A stretch of 60,000 nucleotides of DNA. It comes from Lama guanicoe (lineage: Eukaryota). Each line of letters begins with the position of its first letter. The stretch's first letter is position 1. Of the stretch, positions 23,863-36,175 are shown piece by piece. Where the stretch lies: NCBI GenBank assembly GCA_013239625.1, contig MU054187.1:560001-620000 (forward strand), given 5' to 3'. The notes beneath the pieces are model-generated. The model saw only the letters and a list, made by a program, of their open reading frames with translations, made no database searches and had not been told where the DNA came from. A program made the translations under genes and the position numbers.

Positions 23863-24399
23863 TCGGGGGCTGGGCAGGCACCTGGCCCCGCTCTGGGGCC
23901 GCGGCTTGGCGAGGCCGGTCAGCGGGGGGCGGAGGGCCGCCCAGGCGAGGCCTGGGGGCTGGTTCCTCCTGGCCTCCTTTTCCACTCGGTTCTCAGACAG
24001 ACACGCTCCGGGTGGACTCGGCGCACATCCCCGTTCTGTCTGTGCGTGTCTTTCTTCTTCGTGACGCCGTGACGAAGGACGTGCAGTCTCGGTGCGGGAA
24101 GGGCCTGCGCCTGGTGTGGCTTGGGTCTGGCCTTCGCGTGGAGCGTGTCAGGAGCGGCAAAGCCGAGGGCGTGAGCAGAGGCTTGATCTGGGGGGCTGCG
24201 GCGGAATCGTGCCCCCTCAGCGCACTCTCGGAAGCCCTGACTCCGTTCTGAGGGCATTTGGATGTAGCTGATTACCCCCTGAGACCCACACATGGCGGGG
24301 GGCTCATCACCCGAGTCTGGGGGTGGGCGTGCACACGCACAGTGGGGCTCCTGAGGCTATAGGTACGTGGCTTTCTGAGGACTTGGCTTGGGTTTCATG

Positions 24400-24520
24400 A
24401 GTTTCGTTCAGCAAACATTAATAAAACACCCGCCTCCCGCCAGGCGGGGAACCAGGTACCAGGTACCAGGTAGACAAGGAGAAAAGTCCGTCCCTCCCAG
24501 GCCTCGTTCCAGCTGGGGTC
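24400..24520 (-). mobile_element. L2 3'-end fragment
   Basis: TTCGTTCAGCAAACATTAATAAAACACC...GCCAGGC...AAAAGTCCGTCCCTC resembles the antisense L2 tail. Confidence 0.45.
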
Positions 24521-24729
24521 CCACCAGATGGAGATCGGAGCTCATCTCAGGCACCTGCTGGTTCCCGGGCTCACGCCCGTGCCCCGCCCACCCTCGGCGG
24601 GGAGCTGGTAGTCTGTCCTTTTCATCAAATGCTCGTTGGTGATTTTGAGAAAACTGGGCTTACTGGTGCAGGGTGCTTCTGAGCTGACCCCGCGGCTGCC
24701 CTCAGTGTCATTCTGTGACTCCTGTCTGT

Positions 24730-24950
24730 GTGTGTGTGTGGACGTGGGTTTTCGGTTTGGGGGTAAACACCGAGGAGCGTGACTGTGTGTCCCATGGTAA
24801 GAGTATGTCCAGTTTTATAGGAAGCTGCCAGCCGCCTTGCCCAGAGGCTGCCCCGCTCTCCCTCCCACCGTGATGACAGTTCCTGCTGCTCCACATCCTC
24901 GCCAGCGCTGGTGTCGTCCGTGTTTCCTGATTCCTGTTGTTTTAACCACA
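24730..24950 (-). mobile_element. Old L1M ORF2-end fragment
   Basis: GGGTAAACACCGAGGAG...CATGGTAAGAGTATG...GTTCCTGCTGCTCCACATCCTCGCCAGC. The minus-strand peptide AGEDVEQQELS is typical of L1. Confidence 0.75.
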
Positions 24951-25180
24951 AGGCGCAGTGTTGTGGGAAGGACCCTCAGCCCAGGATCAGAAAGCTAGCA
25001 TTTGACGCTTTTTAATTACTTATAACCTGTGTGACGCGGGGCAGGTGTAGAGTCTCCCTGAATGTCTGCTTCCGCCCGTGGTGAGTGGGGACCAAGCACT
25101 CATCGGGGGGGCCATCGTAATAAAGCGACACGTGAAAGTGTTCAAGATGACAAGTGTCGGCACACAGTCATCGTCATCAT
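24951..25180 (+). mobile_element. Degenerate MIR
   Basis: TACTTATAACCTGTGTGACGCGGGGCAGGT...CTCCCTGAATGTCTGCTTCC...ACGTGAAAGTG follows the MIR layout. Confidence 0.45.
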
Positions 25181-27004
25181 GATCTTACGGCCACGAGTCT
25201 GACTGGCCTGACTCCCAAAGAACCATCACTGTGGTCTCAGCTCAGGCCTGGACAGCAGTTCTGGTGGAATCAAACCAAGGCGGGTGCACTTTCGGGGGAG
25301 GAACAGGGTGTGGAAGGAAAGCACATCTACTTGCTTCGCCTTTCCATGCTCATCGTAGACGAGCGGCAGCTGGGAGGGCCGAGAGCAGCTGGGACCCGGT
25401 GCCACACTTAGGGCTTTGCCCGTCCTGAGGGGCTCAGCTGACGTGCTGTGGAGTACTTTCTCGTCCACATCCCACTTTCCTGTTAACTCTTACTCAAGCC
25501 AGATGGGCTGTTCGAAGTCCTTGTAGCTCAGAAATGCCTTTGTCCTCAAAGGTTTTTTAGACCATTGGTGGAAGGAGACAGGGCCTGAGTATTTTGAACG
25601 TTCGAAGGGAGTCAGCCTCATATATTTACTTTCTTCAACGAGACAGATCTGCTAACGCGGTTTTCCGTAGAAACCCATTCCCACAAGAGCTAATATCTTC
25701 TTTCTCCTGGATGCAAGCAGTTGTGCTATCAATAAAGTAAAAATGAGATTTTCACAGAGTGAGCCGCTCCATGAATGACCTCCCTTGTCCAGGGGGCTGT
25801 AGGCATGAAGCCCCCCGACCCTGAGCTCTGGGGCCTGGAGGAGCAGGAGGGCTAGGGTGGGTGTCTGCGACAAGAGGGGCTGGCGTCACCCCTCAAGGCA
25901 CACCTGAGCGGCTGTGAAACGTCCAGCGCTCACCTGTGGTCAGAGGACAGCAGGTGGGTTTCACCGGCAAGTCCCAGTGGCTGGGGACGCGGGAACCTGG
26001 GGACGCGAACCACGGGCGGGGGTGGGGGCGGGTCCAAGAGAAACTGAGGACTGTTGTCAGTTTAGTTAAGGTCCAGTGGGGGGTTGGGAGTTTCCCCCTA
26101 AACGGCTTCCCCAGTGACGCTGAGGCTGCGAGCTGGGTGTTTTCTCAGGGTTTCGCTCTCCTTTCTCAAAAGCAGGATGAGCTGAGGGGCCGGAAGTGTC
26201 CGGTGAGTGAGAGCGGTCAGCACAGCCCCTCACATCCTGCCATGGAGGCCCCCGGAGGGAGAGTCCTCACTCTCCTTCTCCCGAGCACCCACTTCCCCAG
26301 AGGTTCCCAGCAGGCAGCGTGTGACCTCAGGGTCGCCCGGCGGAGACCGTGTGCTGCTCCTGCCCCTGGAGGTGCCTTGGGGTAGGGGCGGGGGCTCTGC
26401 GGGACCCCCTGCAGCAGCAGGAGGTGCCTGGGCTCCTCCCTGGGGTCTCCTGGAGGCAGCTTTCCTGACCCTCGGAGCCCGTGTGCTGACTTGACACGGT
26501 TTTGCAAAAGCACTCCATGTGCTACCAGGTCAAACTCTGCCAAGACAAGAATTTTTGTTACTTTCATCTGCATACACCCTTCGGAGTTTCAGCTGATGAG
26601 ACAAATCCTGAATTGCCTGATGCAACTCACCTGTTACAAATTTTCTATAATGTGGCAGAAATGAAAGAGAACAGAGAATTCCAGTTTGTGTACCTGGATG
26701 TGTTTGTATATAAATTCTAATTATTTTAACATTTTTACAACACATTTTTAGAGTGTATTAGATATTACACAAAACATACACAATATACAAACACTTGATT
26801 AAAAAAAAACACATAGTGTCTTGTTTTACCTTAGGGATTAAAGAAAACTACTGTTCTTTTCATCTGCTTTGATTCATCTAAAAGGCCTTGTACCCAAGAG
26901 CACAAAAGACCCCAGAATCTGAAGCCGAGCCCTCGTGAAGCTGGGGTGAGCTCAGCCTCCAAGTCAGATGCGCTCACCAGCCCCAGTGATGGGCCCAGAG
27001 GCAG

Positions 27005-27068
27005 GACTCCCTCCCCTCTCCTCTCCCTCCTTCCTCCCCCTCCCCCTCTCTCCCCCTCCCCCCCCCCC
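27005..27068. repeat. C/T-rich polypyrimidine tract
   Basis: CTCCCTCCCCTCTCC...CCCCCCCC. Confidence 0.85.
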
Positions 27069-27889
27069 GTATTAAGTTCCCTTTGGAACATCAGCACCTT
27101 TCCTGGGCAGAGGGAGGCAGGAAACAGCGGGGGCCCTGCAGAACCAGAGGGGACGTCTCTGTGGTCCCGCCTTCACTTTCGCTGGGGGAAGTGAGCCCTG
27201 ACTGCACCAGCGTGTCCCCATGCTGTCCACGCGCCGCCCTGGCGCCCAGGGTCCAGCGTCTCCAACCCTGGCCGTGAGGTCAGTCTCCCTCAGGCCTGAC
27301 CTTTGCCGAGAGCACCCGTGCAGCGACCTCACGGAGCTGTGAGGACGAGGAGCGAAGAGGCAGAACCCTGGGAAACGGGTCTGCACGAAAGGGTCGGTGC
27401 CCCTGCCATGGTGAGCGGCGGGGGGGTTGTGCCGTCATGAAGGAGAAACTGTACCTTTATGCAGAGCCCCAGAGGCTAAGCGTTCTGACGTTTATGGGAA
27501 AACGAAGGATCTGAACAAGGAGAAGAGCCGCCTCCCTGGCCCGGCCGCAGGCGCAGGTGCAGGGGCTCCTCTCCCCCCAGCCCGGAGCCCTGCCTTCTGC
27601 ACGTCCGTCCGTCCGTCCGTCCCTGGGAGCTAACGGCTGACTCTGCGGGACCCCCCTCCACACGGGCAGGCTCGCTGCCGAGGAACAGAGCGGGCAGTGG
27701 AGCCTTGGGAGCCTTGAAGGGCCCTGGGGCCTGCCCTCCGGGGCCTGTGACCCCCGGGCCCCAGCTGGGCTTCGCACGGATGAGCACGCTGGCTGTGGGA
27801 CCAGAAGGCAGCTCTACCCAGAGCCACCTGGACCGGCTGCTGACTCTGTCCAAGCTGGGCTCGGTGTCAAGACGGCTCAGTGTGGACAC

Positions 27890-28010
27890 CGGCACCAGCT
27901 GTGCCACCTGTGGTCGGGCACCTGACCTCTCTGTGCCTGAGTTCCTTGCCTACGACTGGGCCCGGCGGGTGTACCTGCCCTCTTTGTCCCATGAGGACTG
28001 AAGGAGAAGA
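27890..28010 (+). mobile_element. MIR core fragment
   Basis: GGGCACCTGACCTCTCTGTGCCTGAGTTCCTT...GTACCTGCCCTC...TGAGGACTGAAGGAGA. Confidence 0.5.
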
Positions 28011-31000
28011 CGCCTGTGTCAGCTGGATCCTGGTCTGCAGACCCCGGGAATGCCTGTCGCTGACCTAGGCAGGGAGCGGCCTTGTGGGAAGGCTGAGGCA
28101 CAGCTGGGGAAGTGGATGCGGAAGGTGAGTGGAAACGGGGGGCTGGACCCGACGGCCCAGCCTGGCTGGGAGGCTGGAACCCACCGCAGGACTCAGGCCA
28201 TGTTCTCTGGACCCGCTGACCTGGCGGAGGGGTCGGACGCAAGGCATCAGGTGTGTGTCGAGGGACAGTGGGGCTCATCCTCCAACTGGGCGAAGACAGT
28301 AAGACCCCCGAGGGCACATGACCTCGTACCCTCCGGCCCCGTGGGGGCTTCACCTTGGTGACCTGGCCATCAGGTTGGCTACTTTCTTGCTGTGCAACCT
28401 GTGTCCTCCCCCGTAAAGTCAGGGGAACAGGGTCCTCTGCCCCACAGGGTACCTGTGGGCTAAGGGGGGACGCCATGGGGCCAGCGGACTGTGCTCTCGG
28501 GAGGGGCTCTTCTGGGCCGTGGGCAGTGGGTGGACCTGCCCGCCCACAGAGGGGAGCTTTCAGGCTGTTCAGGGTCTCCTGATGTGTCAAGTCCATTTGC
28601 AAATGGCCTGTTGGAGACACACCAGAAGGGCTTTGGGATGCTCCCTGGAGACACAGCAGTGGAAACCGGGACACCATGGATGCATCAGGCCTGGGGCTGT
28701 GTTGACAGGTTTGAGACACTGACCCTGACCGTTGGCAGGAAGCGCTGTTTGCTGCGCTTACCTGAGAGCGAGCCGCGATCCCGGTGGTTTGAATGATCCT
28801 GAGCACTGGCTCCCTGGGGCTGGGGGCCGTCTGCACCCACAGTGGTGTGGGGATGGGGGTGGCCTTGGAGCAGGGGAGCGGTGTTCTTGTCGTGCCAGGG
28901 CTGCTGCTCCCCAGGGCGTGGCTGTGGGGGGGCACTGCTTTCCCGGATGGGCGCTGGGCCCGGATGAACACCCACCTTGGGTGACTACGCACGCATCTCC
29001 CGCTCGCAGTGCTGCAACGTTTCAGGGCCCTAATTAAGTTTTACGAGTAAATGCGTTTGACTGGAGCTCTGTCTGCTGGCGAACCAGGGTCCCAGGGTTC
29101 AGGTGTGGTGCTGAGCTGCAGGCCCTCCCAGGCTCCTTGAACACGCTCGCCCTTTTCAGCATCAAGCAGCTGAGGGAGAAGGCTGGGTGAGAGCCCAGCT
29201 GTGCGGCTCACAGGCCCTGGAGCGTGCACAGCGGGGCGGGATACCTGCATCCCTAGGACCCAGGGGACCTGTGCTCAGGGCAGCCGGTGTCCACACGCAC
29301 CCGTTCTGGGAGGTGCTCTGTGGGTTGGTGTGTCTGGGGGCTGGGCCCCCCATCCCCCGGCAGCTTGGCCCTGTGTCCCTGCGCATCGCTGGGCAGGTTG
29401 AGTGAAACCCTCCCGCCGACGGCTTCGTGCCGACACGCTTCACTGTTTCCTCTGCACTGTGAGTGCAGGAAGTGGGCTCTGGGCCTCTGCCTGCCGATGT
29501 CAGAAGGAAGGAACTTCACCGAGCTGTGTTTATAAGTATCTGATGGTCCGGAATGCGCTCTCGAAAGGTCTTTGGGGGAGGGAGAGGAGGCCACCGGTGG
29601 CACCATTTTGGGTGGTACCTTGGAGTAAACGTCCAGGAGGAAACCCTGACACAGACCACGGGCCGAGAAGAGCCAGACGACCGCTTCCTGAGCACGGTGG
29701 CTTGGCCCGTGGGGGCTGGGGGAAGCCGCTCTGAACAAAAGTGCGGGCTCGCCTGGGCTGAGCACTGGGGTCTGTGGACACCTGGGCTTCAGGTGTGCCC
29801 TGGGAGCCGCCGTTCGTGCAGGAAAGGCCGTCTCACTGCGCGGCACAGCTTCTGACCCCACGAAGGAGGCGGCGCCTGGGTGGGTAGAAAGAAGCCCCCG
29901 TTGTTTTCTCTCTGACGTGAAAACACGTCTGATCTCTGTCCATTCTAGTTGTACAGCAGGGTGGTGGACACGGCCCCCGGGCCTGGTCCGTGCTCTGCGC
30001 GCTTGGAGGAAAGCCGGGCTGAGGGCAACAGAGAGCCTTCCTCGTCCACAGCCCGGCCGCTTCCCCAGGGTCTGGGCAGTTAGATTCTGGTTGACACGGA
30101 CTCACTTCTCGGCAGGCTCGCTCAGCAAGTGGCTTTCGCGTCTCTGGGCTTTCTCGGAGGGGGCCTTTCAGAGCAGCAGGAGATGCTGCCCTGGGCCAAT
30201 CCCAGCCCCGGAGGAGGCTCTGGGGAGGGGTCCCTGGGCCTGCCTTCCAGCTCCATTTCCTATTCTTCTGTTTGGCAGCACAGAGGACTTAGGAGTGAAA
30301 ACCCAAAGCTGGTTGCTTTCGAATACAGAGAACCCAGAACACGCTGGCTGTGGACATCCACGCTCAGGAGCAAATGCTCTCTACATCCTGAGATACCGAA
30401 CCCCCGTCAGGTCTTCAAGCTCCAGGGGCGTCTCCCCTGCCGTCAGAGTCTGAGCGCCGAGCGTTCTTCTTGAATGAGACAGCGTTGTTAAGAATATCGC
30501 TGGGTTTACAAACACCTGCTCACCCGCCCACATCCTGCGTGCAGATACAAGTGGAGTTTCCAGCAAGTACAGGTCGATTTCTCAATAGCTTCGACAGGTA
30601 AAAACTGGCAGCATTTCCTGGCATAGTACGCACCCTAATTGTCCTTCTAGCCGATGCCTGCTCCGGGCGGGTTTACGGTAAAGCCGCCTGTGATCGTCCA
30701 GCTGTGAGGCATCCAGTGGCCTTGCTTCTTAAGCTGGGTGGCTGCACAGACCCCACAGCGGGGGTCCGAGGGTCGCAAGCCCTCGGAGGAGGCCCTCCCT
30801 GGCTGGGCGTTGGCTCCCAGCACCGTGGGCAGAACAGGTGTATGAAAATGTGACTCTTACTCCCAGGAGACGGCGCCTGGGGACCTGCAGGTCCCAGCGT
30901 GCAGCACTGAGGTGTAAGATTCCGAAGGTTTGGGTTCAGTTCAGATAAGCACCCACACGCTTGGGTCTTGAGTTGGAACCTGCCTGAAACGTCTCAAACA

Positions 31001-34000
31001 GCCTGTCAGATTGGGCTGGAAATCTTGCAGGAGCTCCGTTTCTCCCGAGGGTTTGGCACTTCTGTAAGAGCCAGCCCGGAGTCGCCTTTCCAAGCCTGCG
31101 TCCAACATGTAAACGTGAGGAAGCAGCTGTCTCACTTTCCATTGTTTTGTGTTAAAGGCTGTGCTGATCAGCGTGTCTGACTTGGCTTCCTGGAGCGTCC
31201 GCATCTCAGGGCAGCGCGGGGCGGGGTTGGCGCTCCGTCTGTTGGGCGTGGAGCTTGGGCCAGGCGGTGGGACCCGGCCTTCCCAGAGCACCGTTCGGGG
31301 TATTACGGAGCGGGGAGGGGAGGGAGGGCTACAGAGGGAGGGGGACGATCACAGCTGCCCTGAAGGACAAAGCCGGTGATTCCCCCGGGAAGAGAGGCCC
31401 CATGCTTGGCCTGCCACTGCCGAGTCTGTCCCTGGGAGCAGCTCTTGCAGGAACCGCACAGACAGGAGCTCCCCGAGGAGAGGCCTGTGCCGCCCTGCCT
31501 TGCTCTGCCCCGTGGTGGAGCCAGATGGCGTTGCAAGTCAGCCCCCTCGTCAGCTCCCTGTCCTGGCCGGCCCCCAGTTCCAGAGTCGGCGGGACTGGCC
31601 CCAAGTCCTCCAGCCGTGCCCTTCCACACTCACTTCCATGCAGCGTCCGAGGCCGTGTTGGACCATGACCGCCCCTGGTCTGGTCCTTCTGAGGTGCTCG
31701 TGGAGGGGGCCTGGCGACTCTGGAGGGAGGCAGGTGGCTGGGCCACGTCTGTCCTGCACGGGGTTGGGGGGCCTGCCTGGTCTGGGGGGCCCGGGGTGGA
31801 GCCCAGGGTTTGCGGGCAGAGCTGCTGCTCCAGTTCAGGGACAAGTGTCCCCACCCTCCTCCTCGGGGGACACTGGGCTCCCTGTGGTCCTGGGCCCCTG
31901 GCTGCCGAGACAAGGAGGACTCAGGAGGAATGTCCCAGCTGTGCACAGGGTTGATGTCTGAAGCCAGCGATCTGGGGCGTTGGAAGTATCTGAAGAGAAG
32001 GTCACAGCCTGGACGGTAACCCCGGCCGTCAGCTGCACCTGGCCGCCCGTGTCCACACTGAGCCTGGGACGGCCGCTGTCCCCACACGCCCCTTCCCGCT
32101 CTGGCCTGACTGCCACAGGCGGCAGGATTTCAGAGCTTTGCGAGTGAGAATTAATAGCAGCTTGTAGCAGGGGGCTGGGGACAGGGTGACTGAGGACAGG
32201 AGGGGACTGGGTAGTGGAGGGGCAGAGGACGGGCTGGGATGGAGGCCCCCGAACATGGAAGTGGCTTGTGTGCACTTGTGCGCACAGTGTGATTTTTCAG
32301 GATTCACAGGGACACGAGATGGACCCACCGAACACTGTCTGATGCAAACCCCAGAGGTACAATGGGGAAGCATGTTCAGTAATGAACGTTCCTTTTCTAG
32401 GCTTGGCTGGGGCTGGAGACGGTGGCCGGGGCATTGGAGCCTCCTAAGCTTGAGGCCTGGTGGCAGTGCCCAGGCTTGGCCCCCTGGGGACACTGGGACT
32501 GGACTCAGGGGACCGTCCGGGTTCCCTGGACTTGTCTGCCCTGCGGAGGGGCTGAGCCACCGCAGAGCCAGGAAAGCGCCGCTCTGAGTCCCTGGATTAA
32601 AATGGCCGAGTTGCTCGGGGCTCCGGGGGGCTCGGCCCCGCCCCCACTGCTGCTAAAGCCTTGGCTGTTTTCCTTCACGCGAGGGCTGCGCTGAGGCCCC
32701 TGGGGGGCCTCGCTGCTTCTCGCCGGCGTGCAGACCCAGGACAGCATCTCGTGTTTACCGTTGTTGAATTTTTCTCAGCGAAGCTGAAGAAATACATCAA
32801 GAGGGTTTGTTCTCAGGGGGCTGGGTTCAGACCTTTCACAACACATAAATAATTGTCCTGAACACAAGCCACTTACTCTGCGTCTTCTTGGTTTATGAAG
32901 AATTTCCCTTATTGAATGTTGATAAAATGACTAACCCTCAGTGTGGGGCTCCGTGCCCAAGCCTGGATTCTTGAGCCAACCTCTGGCGTCGGTGTGGAGA
33001 AAATGCCCTTCGACGTGGTGCCAAGATCTCACTGAGGCCCCCGCGCGCCCACCCAGGCCCTTGGCGCCCGTGGCATGTGCTCCAGTCTGGTCCCTGAACG
33101 TGGGTCACGGCCATGTGAACGTAGAGCTTGAATTTGCACGCCAGGGGGACCCTAATAAATCATGAAGTCATGAATTACTTTCTCTTGGAGCATCTTAATC
33201 CAGATCTTTTAAACTTACTGGCCATTCAGTCTCTAAGCCGGAGCTTCTGTGAGCTTTTCAAACATAACATCATACTTTCTGGAAAAGGGCTTATGCACGG
33301 CCACTCTGACCTCCCGCGTCTGGCATCTCCGAATGCCGAGGCCGCCCGGGGAGCGGGGTCTCTCCGTTAGAGGCAGGCTGGCTCCCCTGGAAGTCGCATG
33401 TTCTCTCTGACAGCCTGGGGTGTCTCCGCGAGTCAGTAATTTAGCATAAGTTGTGATTTAATTTAACAGTGTTGCTCTTGGCCGCCCTGCCCGCACAAAA
33501 CGAACGTTTTCTGAGCTCGCAAATAAAATCGGGGGCGATTTCCTCTCGGTCTTATTTCCATGACATTTCAGACTCAGGTCTGGCACCACGGAGTGTGTGC
33601 CAAAACGCAGCGCTCTGGCCACAAGGAAACCCGGGAGGTGCTGCTAAGCACTCGGCATCCACAGGCTCCAGGTTTTGATCAGCCTCCTATTTAAACATGT
33701 CTTGGAGCCGGCAGACTTGGTCCTCCTGTCGCCAACTCCCAGTGTGTCACCGGGCGCTTTTGTGTCCTGCCCTCTGGACACACGGAGCAAGTGGCCCCGA
33801 CCTCCAGGGCCGGTCGGCAGCACTGCCTGGCACACAGTAGGTGTTCGGCGTGGGCAGTCTGACCGCCATGCCACTTACGTCCGGTCCTTCATTCCCTCCA
33901 CGTGGTCCCCCAGACTTAAGAAACTGCTCCTTACATGTCAGCCCCGCTGTGCTCTCAGTCGGTGGACTTTTTCTCCCAACAGAGGGGAGAATGGGGCAGC

Positions 34001-34929
34001 TGGGTCCTGAGGGCTGGCTGATGCCAGGAGGAGCGCAGAGCTGGGTCCGGCAGGGTTTACTGACCGGCCGCCGAGCAGAGGCCCTGCCCCTGGTGTCACA
34101 GCTCGGGAAGCTGGGGCGGGCTTTGTAGCCTGTTTGCTTGGCTGCCTGATCTACGGACCAGAAGCCGGCCCACAGTGGGAGAAGTGGAGATGCCCGACCC
34201 CCGATTTCATGGGGAGGAAGGGGCTCAAAGGCTCGGGGAGACTGGGGTGTTGGAGGGGGTCTGTCCCGAGAGACCCCGGGAAGGTCCAGTCCAGAGACAC
34301 GCCTTTCTGCACAGCAGTGAGGGATGTGTCTGTGGGAGCCCAGCACCCTTGGAAGCCCTGTGACGGCTCTTCTCTGAGGTGAAGTCCCAGTTGGAGAACT
34401 AAACGCAAAGAGGTGATTGGGTCTGGGCTGGGGGTGCTGAGGGGAGACGCTCGCCCACCAGAGGCAAGGTGGCACTTTACCTCTCAGGGCAGCGCCGAGG
34501 CTGCGTTCCCACAGACCTGGAAACCAGCAGGTGGGGACTACTGGATTCTCACCTGATCCCTGTACGTGGAGGAGTTCTCAGTCTCGTGAACACGGGTCTA
34601 ACCTGAACCGTCACTTCTCAGACCTGAGCCCGTGCATGGACCCAGGGCCCCTGGAGGGGAGGGGAAGTGAGGAACCCCAAGAAGGGGTCTTGGGGCCACC
34701 AGCCCCTGGCCGCCCTGCAGACCTGGACCCACCCTCCCCCAGTGGGTGCCTGGCACTCAGGCCCCTTCTCTGTGCACACAGCCCGTGGGCATCCCTGGAG
34801 GACCAATGGGCAGCGGGTCATCCCACCGGGCCCAGGGGCGGGCAGTCCCTGCGCGAGCAGCCAGCCCTCCAGGTGGCGCGGGCTTGGGGCCGCTGCGCGT
34901 GGTCCCTCCCGGCTCTGTGTCCGGCCCCG

Positions 34930-35160
34930 CCTCCCCTCTGGCGGCCCCCACCGTGCCAGCACCCTCTTCTTCTCCTCTTTTCACAGCTTGTGTCGTTGCT
35001 GGACAAGCTGTGCACTTTACTTGGTTACTTTGTTTTTTATTGGGGTCTCACCACAGACTCTACGCTCACAGGGGTCAGAGTTTCTTGTTTTGCTGACCGC
35101 TCTGTCCCCCGTCTCCAGACAGTGCTGGACACTTGGCAGGTATCCACTGTTAAATGAGGG
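34930..35160 (+). mobile_element. L2 3'-end fragment
   Basis: TTTACTTGGTTACTTTGTTTTTTATTG...CTCTGTCCCCCGTCTCCAGACAGTGCTGGACACTTGGCAGGTATCC...TGTTAAATGA. Confidence 0.6.
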
Positions 35161-35239
35161 ATCCTAATTTGTCATGGCCAGGCCTCTCGGCCGAGACCAA
35201 ACCCTCCATCCTCTAAGCCTCCAGAGGAGGCGCCACGTG

Positions 35240-35750
35240 GCGGTCAGGAAGACAAGAGCGGACGGGAGGTCTGAGGGTGTGGAGGGAAGGGACGCTCGTG
35301 CACTGCTGGTGGGCATGGGGATCGGTGCGGCCGCCGTGGGGGACAGTGTGGAGGGTCGTCAAACAATTAGAAATAGAGCTCCCCTGGATCCAGCGGTCCC
35401 ACCTCTGGGTATTTACCCAGACGCAGTGGAAGCAGTGACGTGAAAAGACGCACGCTCTGCGCGTTCACAGCAGCACTGTTTACGACAGCCGAGACGTGGA
35501 ACAAGCCAAGGACCACAGACGGACGGACGGACGCACGACGATGCGGGGTGTGCGCACGGGTCCACGACGGGGCGCTGCCAGTGCAGGACCGGCTGAAAGC
35601 TCGCCATCTGAACAACGTGGGTGGACCTAGGGGGCGTCACGCGCAGTCAAGGACGTCAGGCAGGGCGAGACAGATGCTGCAGGACAGCCCTCTGTGCAGA
35701 ATCTAAAAAACCAAGCCAAACCAGTTGATTGTTAATAAAGTGAATAAAAT
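35240..35750 (+). mobile_element. L1 ORF2-end fragment, strongly GC-shifted
   Basis: TGCACTGCTGGTGGG...GATCCAGCGGTCCCACCTCTGGGTATTTACCC...GTTCACAGCAGCACTGTTTAC...GGACCTAG...GAATCTAAAAAA. The plus-strand peptides DPAVPPLGIYP and FTAALFT are L1 ORF2-like. Confidence 0.85.
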
Positions 35751-35754
35751 ACGT

Positions 35755-36175
35755 CCATTCTACCCAAAGCGTGCAAGGCAGTCTCTCTCAAAATCCCAGT
35801 GACTATGCAGGGTGAGTAAATGGAATGCGGTGTATGCATTTGATGGAATGTTGTCTCGCATAAAGAGAGTGAAATCCTGACATGTGCTCCACGGATGAGC
35901 CTTGAAGGAGCTGTCGGGAGAGGTTCGCTGGACACAAAAGTACAAACATCACGTGATTTCACTTGTAGGAAACACCTAGACGCGACAGACTCAGAGACGG
36001 AAAGCAGATGCTGGGGGCTGGGGAGCAGCGTGGGACAGTGTGGGTTTGGGAAGACGAGCAAGTTCTGGAGATGGAGGGTGGTGATGGCTGCACAGCACTG
36101 TGAATACACTTGATGCCCCTGAACTGAACGCTCAGAAATGGTTGACATGGCGAGTTTACCACAATTAGACAGAAA
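35755..36175 (+). mobile_element. Old L1MB-like 3'-end fragment
   Basis: GGATGAGCCTTGAAG...AAGTTCTGGAGATGGAGGGTGGTGATGGCTGCACAGCACTGTGAATACACTTGATGCCCCTGAACTG...AAATGGTT...TTTACCACAAT. Confidence 0.85.

Noticed and set aside
25870..26200. Possible LTR-like segment
   Set aside because: I could not match it to any family or find its termini.
27877..28992. 371-aa minus-strand ORF
   Set aside because: Pro/Ser/Ala/Arg-rich with no recognisable domain, overlaps a MIR remnant, and long ORFs are expected in DNA this GC-rich.
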